NCBI GenBank assembly: GCA_038276285.1
Contig: JBBPZR010000002.1
Location: 87,454 to 151,453, forward strand
Reading direction: 5' to 3'
Origin: Mycobacteriales bacterium
GTDB lineage: Bacteria > Actinomycetota > Actinomycetes > Mycobacteriales > QHCA01
Length of the DNA stretch: 64,000 nt
Shown here: piece by piece, positions 38,524-47,594 of the stretch
Numbering within the stretch: the first letter of the stretch is position 1
Layout: each line of letters starts with the position of its first letter
The notes under the pieces: generated by a model
The model's input: only the letters and a program-made list of their open reading frames with translations
Database searches by the model: none
What the model was told of the DNA's origin: nothing
Program-made: the position numbers and the translations under genes

Positions 38524-39156
38524 ATGGTCGCTGGGGACGGGGAGTTCGCCGCGGTCGTCTTCGATCTTGGTGGAGTCCTGATCGAGTGGGACCCGCGCCA
38601 TCTTTACCGCCACCTGCTGCCAGACGCCCAGGCCATTGAGGACTACCTCATCACGGTCGGTTTCATGGCATGGAACTCCCGCCAGGACGCCGGCCGACCC
38701 TGGGCTGAGGCGGTAGCCGACCTCTCAGCCGAGCACCCGCAGTACGCCGAACTCATCGCCGCCTATCCGGACCGCTTCGAAGAGTCCCTTGTCGGGCCGT
38801 TGGATGAGGCCGTTGGAGTGTTGAACGACCTCTACCGCACCGGTGTGCGCCTGCTGGCCCTGACGAACTGGTCCGCCGAGACATTCGTTCACGCGCGAAA
38901 GCGCTTCGGGTTTCTCGAGCTGTTCGAAGCCATCGTCGTATCCGGGGAAGAGCGGCTGTCGAAGCCCGATCCGGCCGTCTTCGGTGTTCTGATCGACCGC
39001 TACGGGCTGCTCCCGTCGCGCACCGTGTACATCGACGACGCGGAGGCCAACGTCGAGGTGGCCCGGGGGCTCGGGATGCATGCCATCCGGTTCACTTCAG
39101 GCCCGAGGCTCCGCGAGCAGCTCAGAGCGGTCGGCCTGCTCGTTGGCCGGCCCTAG
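38524..39156 (+). CDS. HAD-superfamily hydrolase (subfamily IA-like)
   Basis: 210 aa with motif I VVFDLGGVLI, motif II LTNWS, and the C-terminal YIDD acidic motif. Confidence 0.85.
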   Translation: MVAGDGEFAAVVFDLGGVLIEWDPRHLYRHLLPDAQAIEDYLITVGFMAWNSRQDAGRPWAEAVADLSAEHPQYAELIAAYPDRFEESLVGPLDEAVGVLNDLYRTGVRLLALTNWSAETFVHARKRFGFLELFEAIVVSGEERLSKPDPAVFGVLIDRYGLLPSRTVYIDDAEANVEVARGLGMHAIRFTSGPRLREQLRAVGLLVGRP

Positions 39157-39171
39157 CCCGTCCGCAAATGA

Positions 39172-40545
39172 TCACCCGATGATCTTGCCGGCCTTGAGGA
39201 CTACCCAGGTGAGCTCGGGATGGACGATGTCGCTGTGTGCCCCGCTCGGTGGACCTCCTGCGCTCACGATCGCCGAAGAATCGATGTTGAGGACCTTATG
39301 GTCCTCGAATCGGTAGACCGCGTCAGGCCCGGCCGACTGTAGGGAGTCGAGCTTGGCGGACACGGCCTGGGCGCCGTCGTGCCCCATCCCACCCCAGCGG
39401 TAGAAACGGTCCTGCGCCGCCGCCGAGTCGTCCCGGGCCGCGATGGAGGCCAGCGGGTAGAACCGGCCCACGGCGTAGTCGTGTTCGGAGAAGCACACCG
39501 TGAGCGGCCCTTCGATCCGCGCGAGCAGGCCGGCCAACCCGCCCTTGCGTCCGGCGTCGAACGGCAGGCTCTCAGCGAAGGCGAAGTGCGAGAAGGCACC
39601 CTGCAGTAGGGTCAACGACCGCACCGGCGATGGCTTCGCCGCGGGCAACCCGGCCAGGGTGTACGAGACCAGGCGCGCCCCGAAGCTGTGACCGACGAGG
39701 TGCACTCCGAGTTGCGGATTGGCTTCGGCCAGGCGGCCGACGAAGGGGCCGAGACCGGCCCGACCCACGACGCCGGCTCGGTTTTTCATCTGCCAGTACG
39801 TCAGCTGGCGCAGGGCCTCCTTCGCACCCTGCCAGAGCCCCCTGAGCCGGTCGCCCAAACCGGCCTCACCGCCATCAGTGTCGGGAAGCACGCCGCTGTC
39901 GCGGAGCTGGCTGGCGTACCGGTCGAACAGGTCCCTCGGATCGTCGTCGAGCATTCGCGGTGTCCCGGCCGCAACGCCCTTCTGCGCCGATTCGCCGTCG
40001 TCCTCGTCGACAGCGGTCGCCTTCGCGAAGGCGTCCATCTCCTTCTTGAACGCGGCGAGGGCTGCCGTCGAGGGTTCCGCAGCCAACAGTTCGGCCATCC
40101 GGTCGAGGTTCCCCGCACCGTTCGGGAACATCTCACGCAGCCCCGCGAGGGTTTCCTTGTCGATCTCCGGGCTCCCCGCGGTCGCCGTTTGCCGGCTAGT
40201 CACCGCGGCCGCGTCACCGCCGGCAGTCGGTCGAGCAGCGGCCTGAAAGTCCGGGATGGGTTCGTCCGACCAGCGTTGAGACGGCCAGAAAACCCCGACC
40301 AGACCCACCTGTACCGGTCGATCGGTCCGGGCCGCGTCGAGTTGGCCGGCCAAGGTGGTGAACCAAGCGTCGTAGAGCGTGCGCGCAGTCTCTTGGCTGT
40401 TGTTCCAGCCGTGCGAGAAGACCACGAGGTCGGTCACGTCGCGCTGTTGGATTTCGTCGATGACAGCCTGGGCCCGCGCCGCGTCGGCGTCGCCCTCGGC
40501 ATCGAAGGTCAGCTGCCAGAATGGCAGTCCGGCGAGATCGGTCAT
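39172..40545 (-). CDS. Cytoplasmic alpha/beta-hydrolase (lipase/esterase-like) with a large acidic insert
   Basis: 457 aa with FSHGWNN near the N-terminus and the nucleophile elbow LVGHSFGARL. I saw no signal peptide. It is the last gene of the EACC1-caspase operon. Confidence 0.75.
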   Translation of the reverse strand: MTDLAGLPFWQLTFDAEGDADAARAQAVIDEIQQRDVTDLVVFSHGWNNSQETARTLYDAWFTTLAGQLDAARTDRPVQVGLVGVFWPSQRWSDEPIPDFQAAARPTAGGDAAAVTSRQTATAGSPEIDKETLAGLREMFPNGAGNLDRMAELLAAEPSTAALAAFKKEMDAFAKATAVDEDDGESAQKGVAAGTPRMLDDDPRDLFDRYASQLRDSGVLPDTDGGEAGLGDRLRGLWQGAKEALRQLTYWQMKNRAGVVGRAGLGPFVGRLAEANPQLGVHLVGHSFGARLVSYTLAGLPAAKPSPVRSLTLLQGAFSHFAFAESLPFDAGRKGGLAGLLARIEGPLTVCFSEHDYAVGRFYPLASIAARDDSAAAQDRFYRWGGMGHDGAQAVSAKLDSLQSAGPDAVYRFEDHKVLNIDSSAIVSAGGPPSGAHSDIVHPELTWVVLKAGKIIG

Positions 40546-40569
40546 GTCATGCCCCTTGGGGTCGTTTGC

Positions 40570-42405
40570 TCAGATGGACTGCAGCGCGCGCATCAGGTCG
40601 ACGAGGCCACCTCCCTCGAAGTTCGGGTCGCGACCGAGCGTGGTCGCCGAGTCGGTGAAGATGCGCTTGACCAGGTCGGGCCGGCCGATGAACTCGCGCC
40701 GCACGGACAGAAAGGCCGCCACCACGCCGGACACGTGCGGAGCGGCCATACTCGTGCCGCTGTCCTGAACGTAGACGGCAGCGTCCTCCTGGCCGGCCGG
40801 GAGCGAGACGGCCGCGCGCATCCGGCCGGCCGCCGCCGAGGTGATCTGTTCGCCCGGCGCGACCAGGTCCGGCTTGCGTCGGCCGTCGCCGGTGGGTCCC
40901 TTGGAGGAAAAGTACGAGACGCCGTACACGTGCGGCGAATCTCGGTGTGTCGAGCCGACGGTGATGGCTCGTTCGGCGTTCCCAGGATCGTTGATCGTCA
41001 TCGCGAGCCCAAACTGCGAGACCGTGCTCAGCTTGGGGTTCAGCGTGCCGTAACCGGAGTTGCCCGCTGCGACGACGACCACGACCCCGGTGCGCACGAG
41101 CTTGTCCACCTCCTGGCACAGGGGACTCTGGCCGCAGGCGAACCACGTCGGGTCGAAGTCGTAGCCGACGCTGAGGTTCACACCGTGGATGCGCGGGAGT
41201 TTGTCGCTCTCCGCGTTCAACTCGCGCACGTACGCCAAGGCCTCGATGACGCGGCTCACCCGGCTCTCCAGCGTTCCTCCGGCGCCGAGGACCTTGAGAC
41301 TCACCAGCTTGGCCCGGGGAGCCATCCCGTTTAGTCGCTCTTTCGGATCCGTCAGCGGCCGCGGCTGGCGCAGTGGCTCGTCGGGGTTATCGACGTTGAA
41401 GCGGTTCTCGGTGACGACTACCGCGCTCTTGTTCCACTGCCTCAGGCCGCCAGCGATGATGGCGGCGACGTGGGTGCCGTGACCGTCGGCGTCCTCGAGG
41501 GGGTCGTCCGCTTTCCCGTTCTCCGGCGGCAGAAAGCTGTGGTGCAGCTTTGCCACGGACGGGTCCGTGAGCGTGGCGTATCCCTGGAAGTGGGGATGCT
41601 TGGCGTCGATACCGGAATCGACCACCGCCCACACGACGTCGTCACCGAAGGAGTTGAACGACCGGTGAGCGGCGTCCGCCTTCACGGTGACCACCGAGGC
41701 ATCGATGAGCTTGTGCATCCGGAAGTCGGGCCAGATGCGATAGATGCTGCGCCTGGACCACACGATCGGTGCGGCGTCGGCTGCAACTAGACGCTTCATC
41801 TCTCCCAACGTCAGCACCCCGGTGGCGTACTCCTCCGCGAGCGGTTCGGGTCCCGGCCGGCCGGTTACCCGCCGCCACAGCCGGCGCAGCTCGTTCATCG
41901 CCGCTCGTGGGCCGCGCGCGTGGCGAAGGTTCAACTCGATCATCACGGGCATCGCGTCCGGGTCGTCGACACCGGCGCGCAACCGGCCATGCGCGGTACG
42001 CAGCGGCGGGGCGATCACGCCGCTGACCAGGCTCGACATGGCGGGGCGGACATCCGTCTCGCCGTCGTTGGCCAGGTCGCGCGAAGCATCCGTGCGTTCG
42101 GCCGGCTCGGCCAGCAGCCGCTGCGCCGCCTCCGCGGCTACGGCGGTGCCGTGGCTCGTCAGGCGTTTCCGGCCCCGTGGGGCAGTCTCGACCACGCCCT
42201 GGTCAACGAGTGTCGTGAAGGCGGCCAGGACGGCCGAGTGCCAGGTGGGCCGATCACCGTCGTACGTCCGATCCGTCGGCTCGAACTGGTCGGCGAACTG
42301 GACCGCGACCTCCTGGACTACCGCGTCGCCGGTGGCGGCCTTCGCTAGGTGGCTCATGGCGGAAAGGGTGCGGTCGAGCCACAGTTGCGACGGGTCGGGG
42401 GCCAT
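40570..42405 (-). CDS. Intracellular S8 (subtilisin-like) serine peptidase with an N-terminal winged-helix-like domain
   Basis: I trimmed the start to MAPDPSQLW (42405), which is preceded by a GAGAGG RBS. The triad motifs are AVVDSGIDAKHPHF, HGTHVAAIIAG and SGTSMAAPHVSG. There is no signal peptide. The N-terminal roughly 100 aa (..WHSAVLAAFTTLVDQGVVETAPRGRKRLTSHG) look like an Mrr_N-type wHTH. Confidence 0.85.
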   Translation of the reverse strand: MAPDPSQLWLDRTLSAMSHLAKAATGDAVVQEVAVQFADQFEPTDRTYDGDRPTWHSAVLAAFTTLVDQGVVETAPRGRKRLTSHGTAVAAEAAQRLLAEPAERTDASRDLANDGETDVRPAMSSLVSGVIAPPLRTAHGRLRAGVDDPDAMPVMIELNLRHARGPRAAMNELRRLWRRVTGRPGPEPLAEEYATGVLTLGEMKRLVAADAAPIVWSRRSIYRIWPDFRMHKLIDASVVTVKADAAHRSFNSFGDDVVWAVVDSGIDAKHPHFQGYATLTDPSVAKLHHSFLPPENGKADDPLEDADGHGTHVAAIIAGGLRQWNKSAVVVTENRFNVDNPDEPLRQPRPLTDPKERLNGMAPRAKLVSLKVLGAGGTLESRVSRVIEALAYVRELNAESDKLPRIHGVNLSVGYDFDPTWFACGQSPLCQEVDKLVRTGVVVVVAAGNSGYGTLNPKLSTVSQFGLAMTINDPGNAERAITVGSTHRDSPHVYGVSYFSSKGPTGDGRRKPDLVAPGEQITSAAAGRMRAAVSLPAGQEDAAVYVQDSGTSMAAPHVSGVVAAFLSVRREFIGRPDLVKRIFTDSATTLGRDPNFEGGGLVDLMRALQSI

Positions 42406-42439
42406 CGCGCTCACCTCTCGTGATCGATGGGATCGATGC

Positions 42440-44530
42440 CTACGAGCTGGGCGGGTCCGGGTTGGGCCCGCGCTGGACGGACTCTGATGAGGCAAGGCCG
42501 CGTCTTGCGCTGCGCTGCCTGAAGCCGACCAGGATGAGGGTCGCCCCGAAGATGATCAGCCAGTCTTTGACGAGGTTGTCGAGCGAACCGCGGACCAGGT
42601 ACACGATGCCGGCCGACAGGCCGACCACCGCGAGCACGGCGGAGACGATCTCCAGTCCACGTGTCGGCCGGGAGCCGCCCCTGATTGCGCCAACGATCTG
42701 GACGGGGCCATCGACCAACCAGAACATCACGACAATCGTCACCATCGTGTTCTCGGTGTCGTCATTCAGCGCGTTTGCCACGACGAGCCCCCCAGCGAGC
42801 AGCGACACCGTGGCGAGGATTTCCAACAATTGCCGCCGGCCCGCCCTGGCCTCGTCGGCGTCGAAAGACTGGATGACGCGGAGCGCGCCGTAAACGATCA
42901 ATACGAGGCCGAGCATCACGTGGCCGGCCCGGTACGGCACGTGCAAGGCCACGGCTGCCACCACGACGACGCCGCCGGCGACTATCGACGCAACGGGGGT
43001 TCGATTTGACCGGACGTGCGACCCGCCGGACGGCGTGGCTCCGAGCGGCGTCGGTGCCAGGCTGGGTATCCCCGCGGGTGTCGGGGAGTGGGCGGCCGGC
43101 TCCCGGACCGGGGCGGGTGGGTACGACGGTTCGCCCGCCGGGTGCGACGGGGAGGCTGAGGTGCGCTCGATGGCGGGCTGCGGTGCTTGCCGGGCCTCGG
43201 CGATGGGCCGGGGCGCCGGGATTGGGATCGACTCCGCCGTAACGATCGGCGTTGGATCGTGCGCCGCCGGCTCCTCCGGGCTTGGCGTCACTTCGACGTC
43301 GACAGGAATCAGGGCCTTGCCGGTGGGACCCTTGATGGCGATATTGCCGCGAAACTCGCCCGCTTGGGAGGTGTCGACCGATACGTCGAGGCCATCGGTC
43401 GTCTCCTCGATCCGGATCCAGCCCTGCGAGGGCTGGAACGTGCAGGCGCGGGCGATCGGGGGACCTAGCAGATGGATCTCACGGTGGACCGGCCTCGAAT
43501 CCTTGGCCACCTGCCCGAAGTGCAGGTCGCGCTCCCTCGTTTGGACGGCGCCCTCGCGGAGCGCCACTGCCGCGGCCTCGGCGACGTATTGGATGTCGGT
43601 GCGGGCGGTATCCTCCAGTGCGTTGTAGGCGCCTGCTGCGGCTGACAGGTCGTCGCTCGTCAGCCGTGCCCGCAGCTCGGTCACCGCACCGATGCGGGTG
43701 AACATGTTCGAGTCGGTTCGGGCGTCCTCCAGGTTCGGTGGGATGGGCAGTGGCCGGATGCGTCGCCGCCGGCTGCGGGCGAGGTACAGCTCCCCCTGCA
43801 TTTCGACGTCGCGGCTCGGCGTCTGATGCGGGTTCTGTTCGCGAACCCGGTCGAATAGGTAGTCGTACAACTCGTCTAGCGACACCCAGCCGTCCTCGTC
43901 GCGGTCGGCTTCGCCGGTGGCGAGTCCCTCCACCAGAGCGGTGGTGAACACCGATGGCTGGGGGTCGTGATCGTCGGCGAGCTGGTCGCCCTCGAAGGCG
44001 TACTCCATTGAGTTGGATGCGGTTATGACAGCCCGGCCGCGCCCACCGCCGAGCTTTCCGCCGGGAAAGCTGTCCAGAACGTTGACGTCCCCGGAACCGC
44101 GAACGGTTACACCCTGGCCGAATGCGCCCCCGTAGCAGCAATCCAGCAACAAAACGATGCTGCGCGACCGGCTCGTCCGCATGCACTGCTGGACGAAGTT
44201 CGCTGAGATCGCGGTGGAGCCAAGCCTGTTCGGGCGCGTGTTGCGGGCGGCGAAGTACAGCTCCCCGGACTCACTCTTCAGCCCGTGACAGGAGAAGTGA
44301 ACCAGGAGAACGTCGTCGGCCCGGCTCTCCGAGAACAGATCCTCGATCTGCGCCTGGACAACGTGCGCCGGCTCGTTGCGCGCCACCCGCACATCGAAGT
44401 CGCCGATCTCACGGTCGCCGAGGACACCTGCCAGCGCCTTCGCGTCCGCCGCCGGGGAGAGCAGGTGCCGCAGGCCCTCGTGTTCATAGTCGTCGCAGGC
44501 GACGATCAGTGCCTTCCGCCGGCCGTTCAC
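42440..44530 (-). CDS. Caspase-family (C14) peptidase with a C-terminal multi-TM module, EACC1-associated type
   Basis: I trimmed the start to the GTG at 44530 (VNGRRKALIVACDDY), which overlaps the EACC1 stop as GTGA. The catalytic His is in HFSCHG (codon at 44285-44287) and the Cys in LLLDCCYGG (44135-44140). After a long linker with a Pro-rich stretch, several hydrophobic helices occupy the last roughly 190 aa. Confidence 0.85.
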   Translation of the reverse strand: MNGRRKALIVACDDYEHEGLRHLLSPAADAKALAGVLGDREIGDFDVRVARNEPAHVVQAQIEDLFSESRADDVLLVHFSCHGLKSESGELYFAARNTRPNRLGSTAISANFVQQCMRTSRSRSIVLLLDCCYGGAFGQGVTVRGSGDVNVLDSFPGGKLGGGRGRAVITASNSMEYAFEGDQLADDHDPQPSVFTTALVEGLATGEADRDEDGWVSLDELYDYLFDRVREQNPHQTPSRDVEMQGELYLARSRRRRIRPLPIPPNLEDARTDSNMFTRIGAVTELRARLTSDDLSAAAGAYNALEDTARTDIQYVAEAAAVALREGAVQTRERDLHFGQVAKDSRPVHREIHLLGPPIARACTFQPSQGWIRIEETTDGLDVSVDTSQAGEFRGNIAIKGPTGKALIPVDVEVTPSPEEPAAHDPTPIVTAESIPIPAPRPIAEARQAPQPAIERTSASPSHPAGEPSYPPAPVREPAAHSPTPAGIPSLAPTPLGATPSGGSHVRSNRTPVASIVAGGVVVVAAVALHVPYRAGHVMLGLVLIVYGALRVIQSFDADEARAGRRQLLEILATVSLLAGGLVVANALNDDTENTMVTIVVMFWLVDGPVQIVGAIRGGSRPTRGLEIVSAVLAVVGLSAGIVYLVRGSLDNLVKDWLIIFGATLILVGFRQRSARRGLASSESVQRGPNPDPPSS

Positions 44531-44919
44531 TGGTCGCTCGCCCCGGCGGCGTGCCGGCCAACGAATAGCCCGATGAGCCGCTCCTGGTCGGCTGCCGACG
44601 CCTCGGAGAGTTCCAGCACGTCGCCCTCGATCTCCAGGCGGACCGTGCGACGGGTTCCTTCGCCGCGCGCGAGCCACTTCCTAATCGCGGAGACGACCGC
44701 CCGTAGGCTCTGGGCAGACCGGCCGAGCGTGATCAACAGCCCACCGGCCGCGACCACGTCGAACACCCTGGCGCCCGGCGGCGGCTCACCGGCCGGCAGC
44801 GCGGACGCTCTCTCCACGTCCAACTGGAGGAGTTCTTCGCGAAGGTATCCGATCAGGCTGTCGAGCCGCTCGGCATCCGCACCGTCTTCTCCCAGCTGAA
44901 GGCGCAATTCACCGCCCAT
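44527..44919 (-). CDS. Effector-associated constant component EACC1-like small protein
   Basis: I trimmed the start to MGGELRLQLGEDGADAERLDSLIGYLREELLQLD...VVAAGGLLITLG...RTVRLEIEGDVLELSEASAADQERLIGLF (130 aa), preceded by a G-rich RBS. The pattern matches my memory of the EACC1 family that pairs with caspase effectors. I have not verified this with an HMM. Confidence 0.6.
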   Translation of the reverse strand: MGGELRLQLGEDGADAERLDSLIGYLREELLQLDVERASALPAGEPPPGARVFDVVAAGGLLITLGRSAQSLRAVVSAIRKWLARGEGTRRTVRLEIEGDVLELSEASAADQERLIGLFVGRHAAGASDQ

Positions 44920-45084
44920 TGGCCCCCCTTCGCGCGGGTGAGGCCTTGCAGACAACACCAACACCCATGCTACCGACTGGGCCGGGCGGACAGTACGACA
45001 AACCTCGGTCGGCAACGAGACCCTTCACCGTCAAGCGTCCGGAACCGCGGCGCCAAGATAGACCTGTTTCGCGCAATGCTCCCG

Positions 45085-45876
45085 TCATCCGGCGTCCGGA
45101 CCTTCCGGTGAAACCTGCTTCGCGAATGCCCGCTTCGCGATCGGTTGCTCCGCGTCGAGTACCAACGGCTGGTCCGTTCGTGCGGCCGCCTGCTTGGCGC
45201 TGGCCAGCTCGCTGCCCGGCGTGGCGTAGATGACCTTCACGGCGCCGTTGCCGGATCCCCGGCGGTCGACCGGCGTTACCGCGGCGGGTTGGCCGTGCCC
45301 GTCGTCCACCCACAACTCGAAGTCGTCGTACTTGAAGAACGAGATCTCGGTGATCGGCCCCGGATAGTGGTGCACCCCACCGCCCTTCGGCAGCAAGCCC
45401 GTGTGCGCGTCCGCGGGCAGCGGCACGCTCGCGTTGCAGATGCTGTCGGTCCATCGCGCGACCCCGTCGGCATCGGTGATGGGGGTGTCGAGAAGACTGC
45501 GGATGCCGAGCTCCTCGACGGCCGCCGGGAACAGGGCGTAAAGCCGCCTCGCGTTCAGTCGCAGCATGTCGACCTTGGCCGGGTCCGCGCAAAACTGCGA
45601 CGACCACTCCATTCCGGCCAGGTTGCGCACGAGGAACCAGCCGTCGTCGTCCTTGAGCCACAAGCCGCCGCCGTGATGGTCCTGGTAGGGCGCCCTACCG
45701 TAGAGCAGACCGGCGACAGCCTCGGCCATCGCGACCATCCGTTTGCGGGACTTGACGTACGTCGCCGAGTCGGTGCGTCGCGGATGGCCGGGGATGTTGA
45801 TGCCCCACGGATGGTCCTCGCGTTCAATGTGCGGCTGACCCACCCCGGATGCGGAGGCACTCGGGTCACCTGTCAT
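45085..45876 (-). CDS. Hypothetical protein; no family recognised
   Basis: 263 aa. The start overlaps the stop of the catalase-related gene as ATGA, which suggests translational coupling. Third-position GC looks coding by eye. Confidence 0.7.
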   Translation of the reverse strand: MTGDPSASASGVGQPHIEREDHPWGINIPGHPRRTDSATYVKSRKRMVAMAEAVAGLLYGRAPYQDHHGGGLWLKDDDGWFLVRNLAGMEWSSQFCADPAKVDMLRLNARRLYALFPAAVEELGIRSLLDTPITDADGVARWTDSICNASVPLPADAHTGLLPKGGGVHHYPGPITEISFFKYDDFELWVDDGHGQPAAVTPVDRRGSGNGAVKVIYATPGSELASAKQAAARTDQPLVLDAEQPIAKRAFAKQVSPEGPDAG

Positions 45877-47072
45877 GTCTCAAAGTCCTCCTCACCGGTC
45901 GGCTCCAAATGATGGACCTGGTTCATGCTCTGGCGCAGCTCGGCCAGCTCCCAATACATCTGCCGCCGCGCACGGTTGGAGTTTCCGAGAGGCTTGTGCT
46001 GCGGCAAGCTGTGCCATGGGTTGAACCGCAGCACGTCGGCGAACCTGAGCTGCGCGTCGGAGTCGAAACGCTGGGCCGCGAGGTGCAGCCGAGCCACCGG
46101 GATGTACGGCGACAGACGCTCGGGCCATTTGACCGTGGCGTCTTCGAGAGGCATCCGGCGCGCGTCTGTCTGCACCTGCACCATGAAGTCGAAGTTCCAC
46201 TCGCCCTCGCAAAGTGTTCGGACCATGGCTTCGCGAAGGTAGTTTTCCGCCGGACGGGCCGGAATTTTGCTCCTCCCCCGCGACACTGGCTTCAACGAGT
46301 ACTGAACCGCCTGACCTTCGCCGAGCAGGAACGGAACGTTGCTGTAGTACTGCACCTCGAGCGGACTGGCGTGCATGGGTGAGTAGAGCAGCTGCATGAA
46401 CAAGTGCAGCAGGTGGAAATGGAACGGGTTCAACAGATATCCTAGCGGCGCTTTCGCGCGGACCCACCGCTGCATCTTCGCGTTCTCGCGGATGTCCGGT
46501 GTCACGAAACTCGCCGGAGACACGAGGATGAGATCCTGTGTCGCCACCTCGTCCGCCATGAGTTTCGGTCCGGCCACACCCATGATTTTGATGCCGACGG
46601 AGCACTGTCCGAGGTCTTCCAGGTCCGGCGGAGCGTACGGTCCCGGCCCGGAGAAGCGGACCCAGGCGGGGTAGCTGCCCGGCTCGGCAAACAGGCCCTG
46701 ACGCAGATGTGTCGGCAGCCCGGCCACGACCGAGAACTCGCCGCGCACGATGCCGAAGGTCTTCGTGTTGCCGAAGCGCTGGACAGACCCCGGCAGCCAG
46801 TTCTCCCGAGTGAACTTCGTGAGCTCGGCGATGATCTCCCGGGTGTAGCGCTCCTCGCCGGGCAGCAACCGCTCCTCCGCCAGACCGAGGTGCTCCTTGC
46901 GCCGCAACAGGTTTTGCAATGCCTGAGCAGCAGCGAACAGCGAGGGGCGCAGCCACCTGTCGAACTGCGGCCGGTACAGGAACTCCACCCGGCGCTCGAG
47001 ACGCCACAGCCACAGCACGAAGTCGCTCAGCGGGCGCAGGACGAGGAAGGTGAACAGTCCTTCGGGGTTCAT
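45873..47072 (-). CDS. Catalase-related hemoprotein (allene-oxide-synthase / hydroperoxide-lyase-like clade)
   Basis: 399 aa. QRFGNTKTFGIVRGEF aligns to catalase ERVVHAKGAGAFGYF. PAWVRFS aligns to catalase VRFS. NSNRARRQMYWE carries the R-x-x-x-Y proximal Tyr pattern (Tyr codon at 45954-45956). The distal His position is Asn (46767-46769). Confidence 0.7.
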   Translation of the reverse strand: MNPEGLFTFLVLRPLSDFVLWLWRLERRVEFLYRPQFDRWLRPSLFAAAQALQNLLRRKEHLGLAEERLLPGEERYTREIIAELTKFTRENWLPGSVQRFGNTKTFGIVRGEFSVVAGLPTHLRQGLFAEPGSYPAWVRFSGPGPYAPPDLEDLGQCSVGIKIMGVAGPKLMADEVATQDLILVSPASFVTPDIRENAKMQRWVRAKAPLGYLLNPFHFHLLHLFMQLLYSPMHASPLEVQYYSNVPFLLGEGQAVQYSLKPVSRGRSKIPARPAENYLREAMVRTLCEGEWNFDFMVQVQTDARRMPLEDATVKWPERLSPYIPVARLHLAAQRFDSDAQLRFADVLRFNPWHSLPQHKPLGNSNRARRQMYWELAELRQSMNQVHHLEPTGEEDFET

Positions 47073-47096
47073 GCGATCCCCTCGTCGTTGCAGCGA

Positions 47097-47465
47097 TCAG
47101 CGCCGGGCGGCGGTCACCGCGAGCGCGGTGTTGCCCGCGGAGATCAGCGTCGTGAGCGCGGCCACCCGTGGGGGGAGCTCTCGGCGCAGCCCGGCGGTGA
47201 GCGCCGAGAGCGTGTCGGTGGCGTGGATGAGTACGGCGACACGGACCGCCCGCTCGCGCTGCTCACCGCGGAGGAGCAGCAGGTCGAAGCCGATCACCAC
47301 GGTGCGGACTCCGAACATCCGCAGCGGGTAGACGGCCGTCGGCTCACGCCTCACATCGGTGCCCAACCGGCCCAGGATGAACGCGGGCGCGACCAAGGCA
47401 ATAGTGCCGTTGACGATGCGAATGGCAGCCAGAGCGGTCCGGGCACGGTCCTGCGACAACAACAT
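47097..47465 (-). CDS. Small hydrophobic protein; first gene of the minus-strand heme operon
   Basis: I trimmed the start to MLLSQDRARTALAAIRIVNGTIALVAPAFILG (122 aa). The upstream part of the 312-aa track ORF is antisense to the plus-strand membrane protein. Confidence 0.55.
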   Translation of the reverse strand: MLLSQDRARTALAAIRIVNGTIALVAPAFILGRLGTDVRREPTAVYPLRMFGVRTVVIGFDLLLLRGEQRERAVRVAVLIHATDTLSALTAGLRRELPPRVAALTTLISAGNTALAVTAARR

Positions 47466-47505
47466 GTAAGGCAATCTGGCACCGTCGTGGCGGACCGTCA
47501 ACCGG

Positions 47506-47523
47506 CTGTCAAGTATTTGACAG
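47506..47523. promoter_or_regulatory. Palindrome in the divergent promoter region of the heme-enzyme locus
   Basis: CTGTCAA-GTAT-TTGACAG is a perfect 7-bp inverted repeat that contains TTGACA. It lies between the divergent starts at 47465 (-) and 47595 (+). Confidence 0.4.
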
Positions 47524-47594
47524 TCGTAGCCCCTTAACAAGTCAGCGTTCCCGGGCCATGCTGAAGTCAATAGTGGCGATTGGCAGGCGGACAC

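Noticed and set aside
39688-41334. A 548-aa plus-strand ORF across the hydrolase and S8 genes
   Set aside because: It is antisense to two genes with clear catalytic motifs, and its product is an Arg/Gly/Val-rich shadow translation with no recognisable domain.
44531-44677. N-terminal extensions of several track ORFs: caspase (44531-44677), ABC-F (16758-16967), GNAT (18223-18576), S8 (42406-42495) and GGDEF-EAL (28407-28577)
   Set aside because: The extensions overlap the upstream gene or intergenic repeats and are Arg/Pro-rich. Internal starts with an RBS or with stop-start overlaps (GTGA/ATGA) fit the conserved N-termini better.
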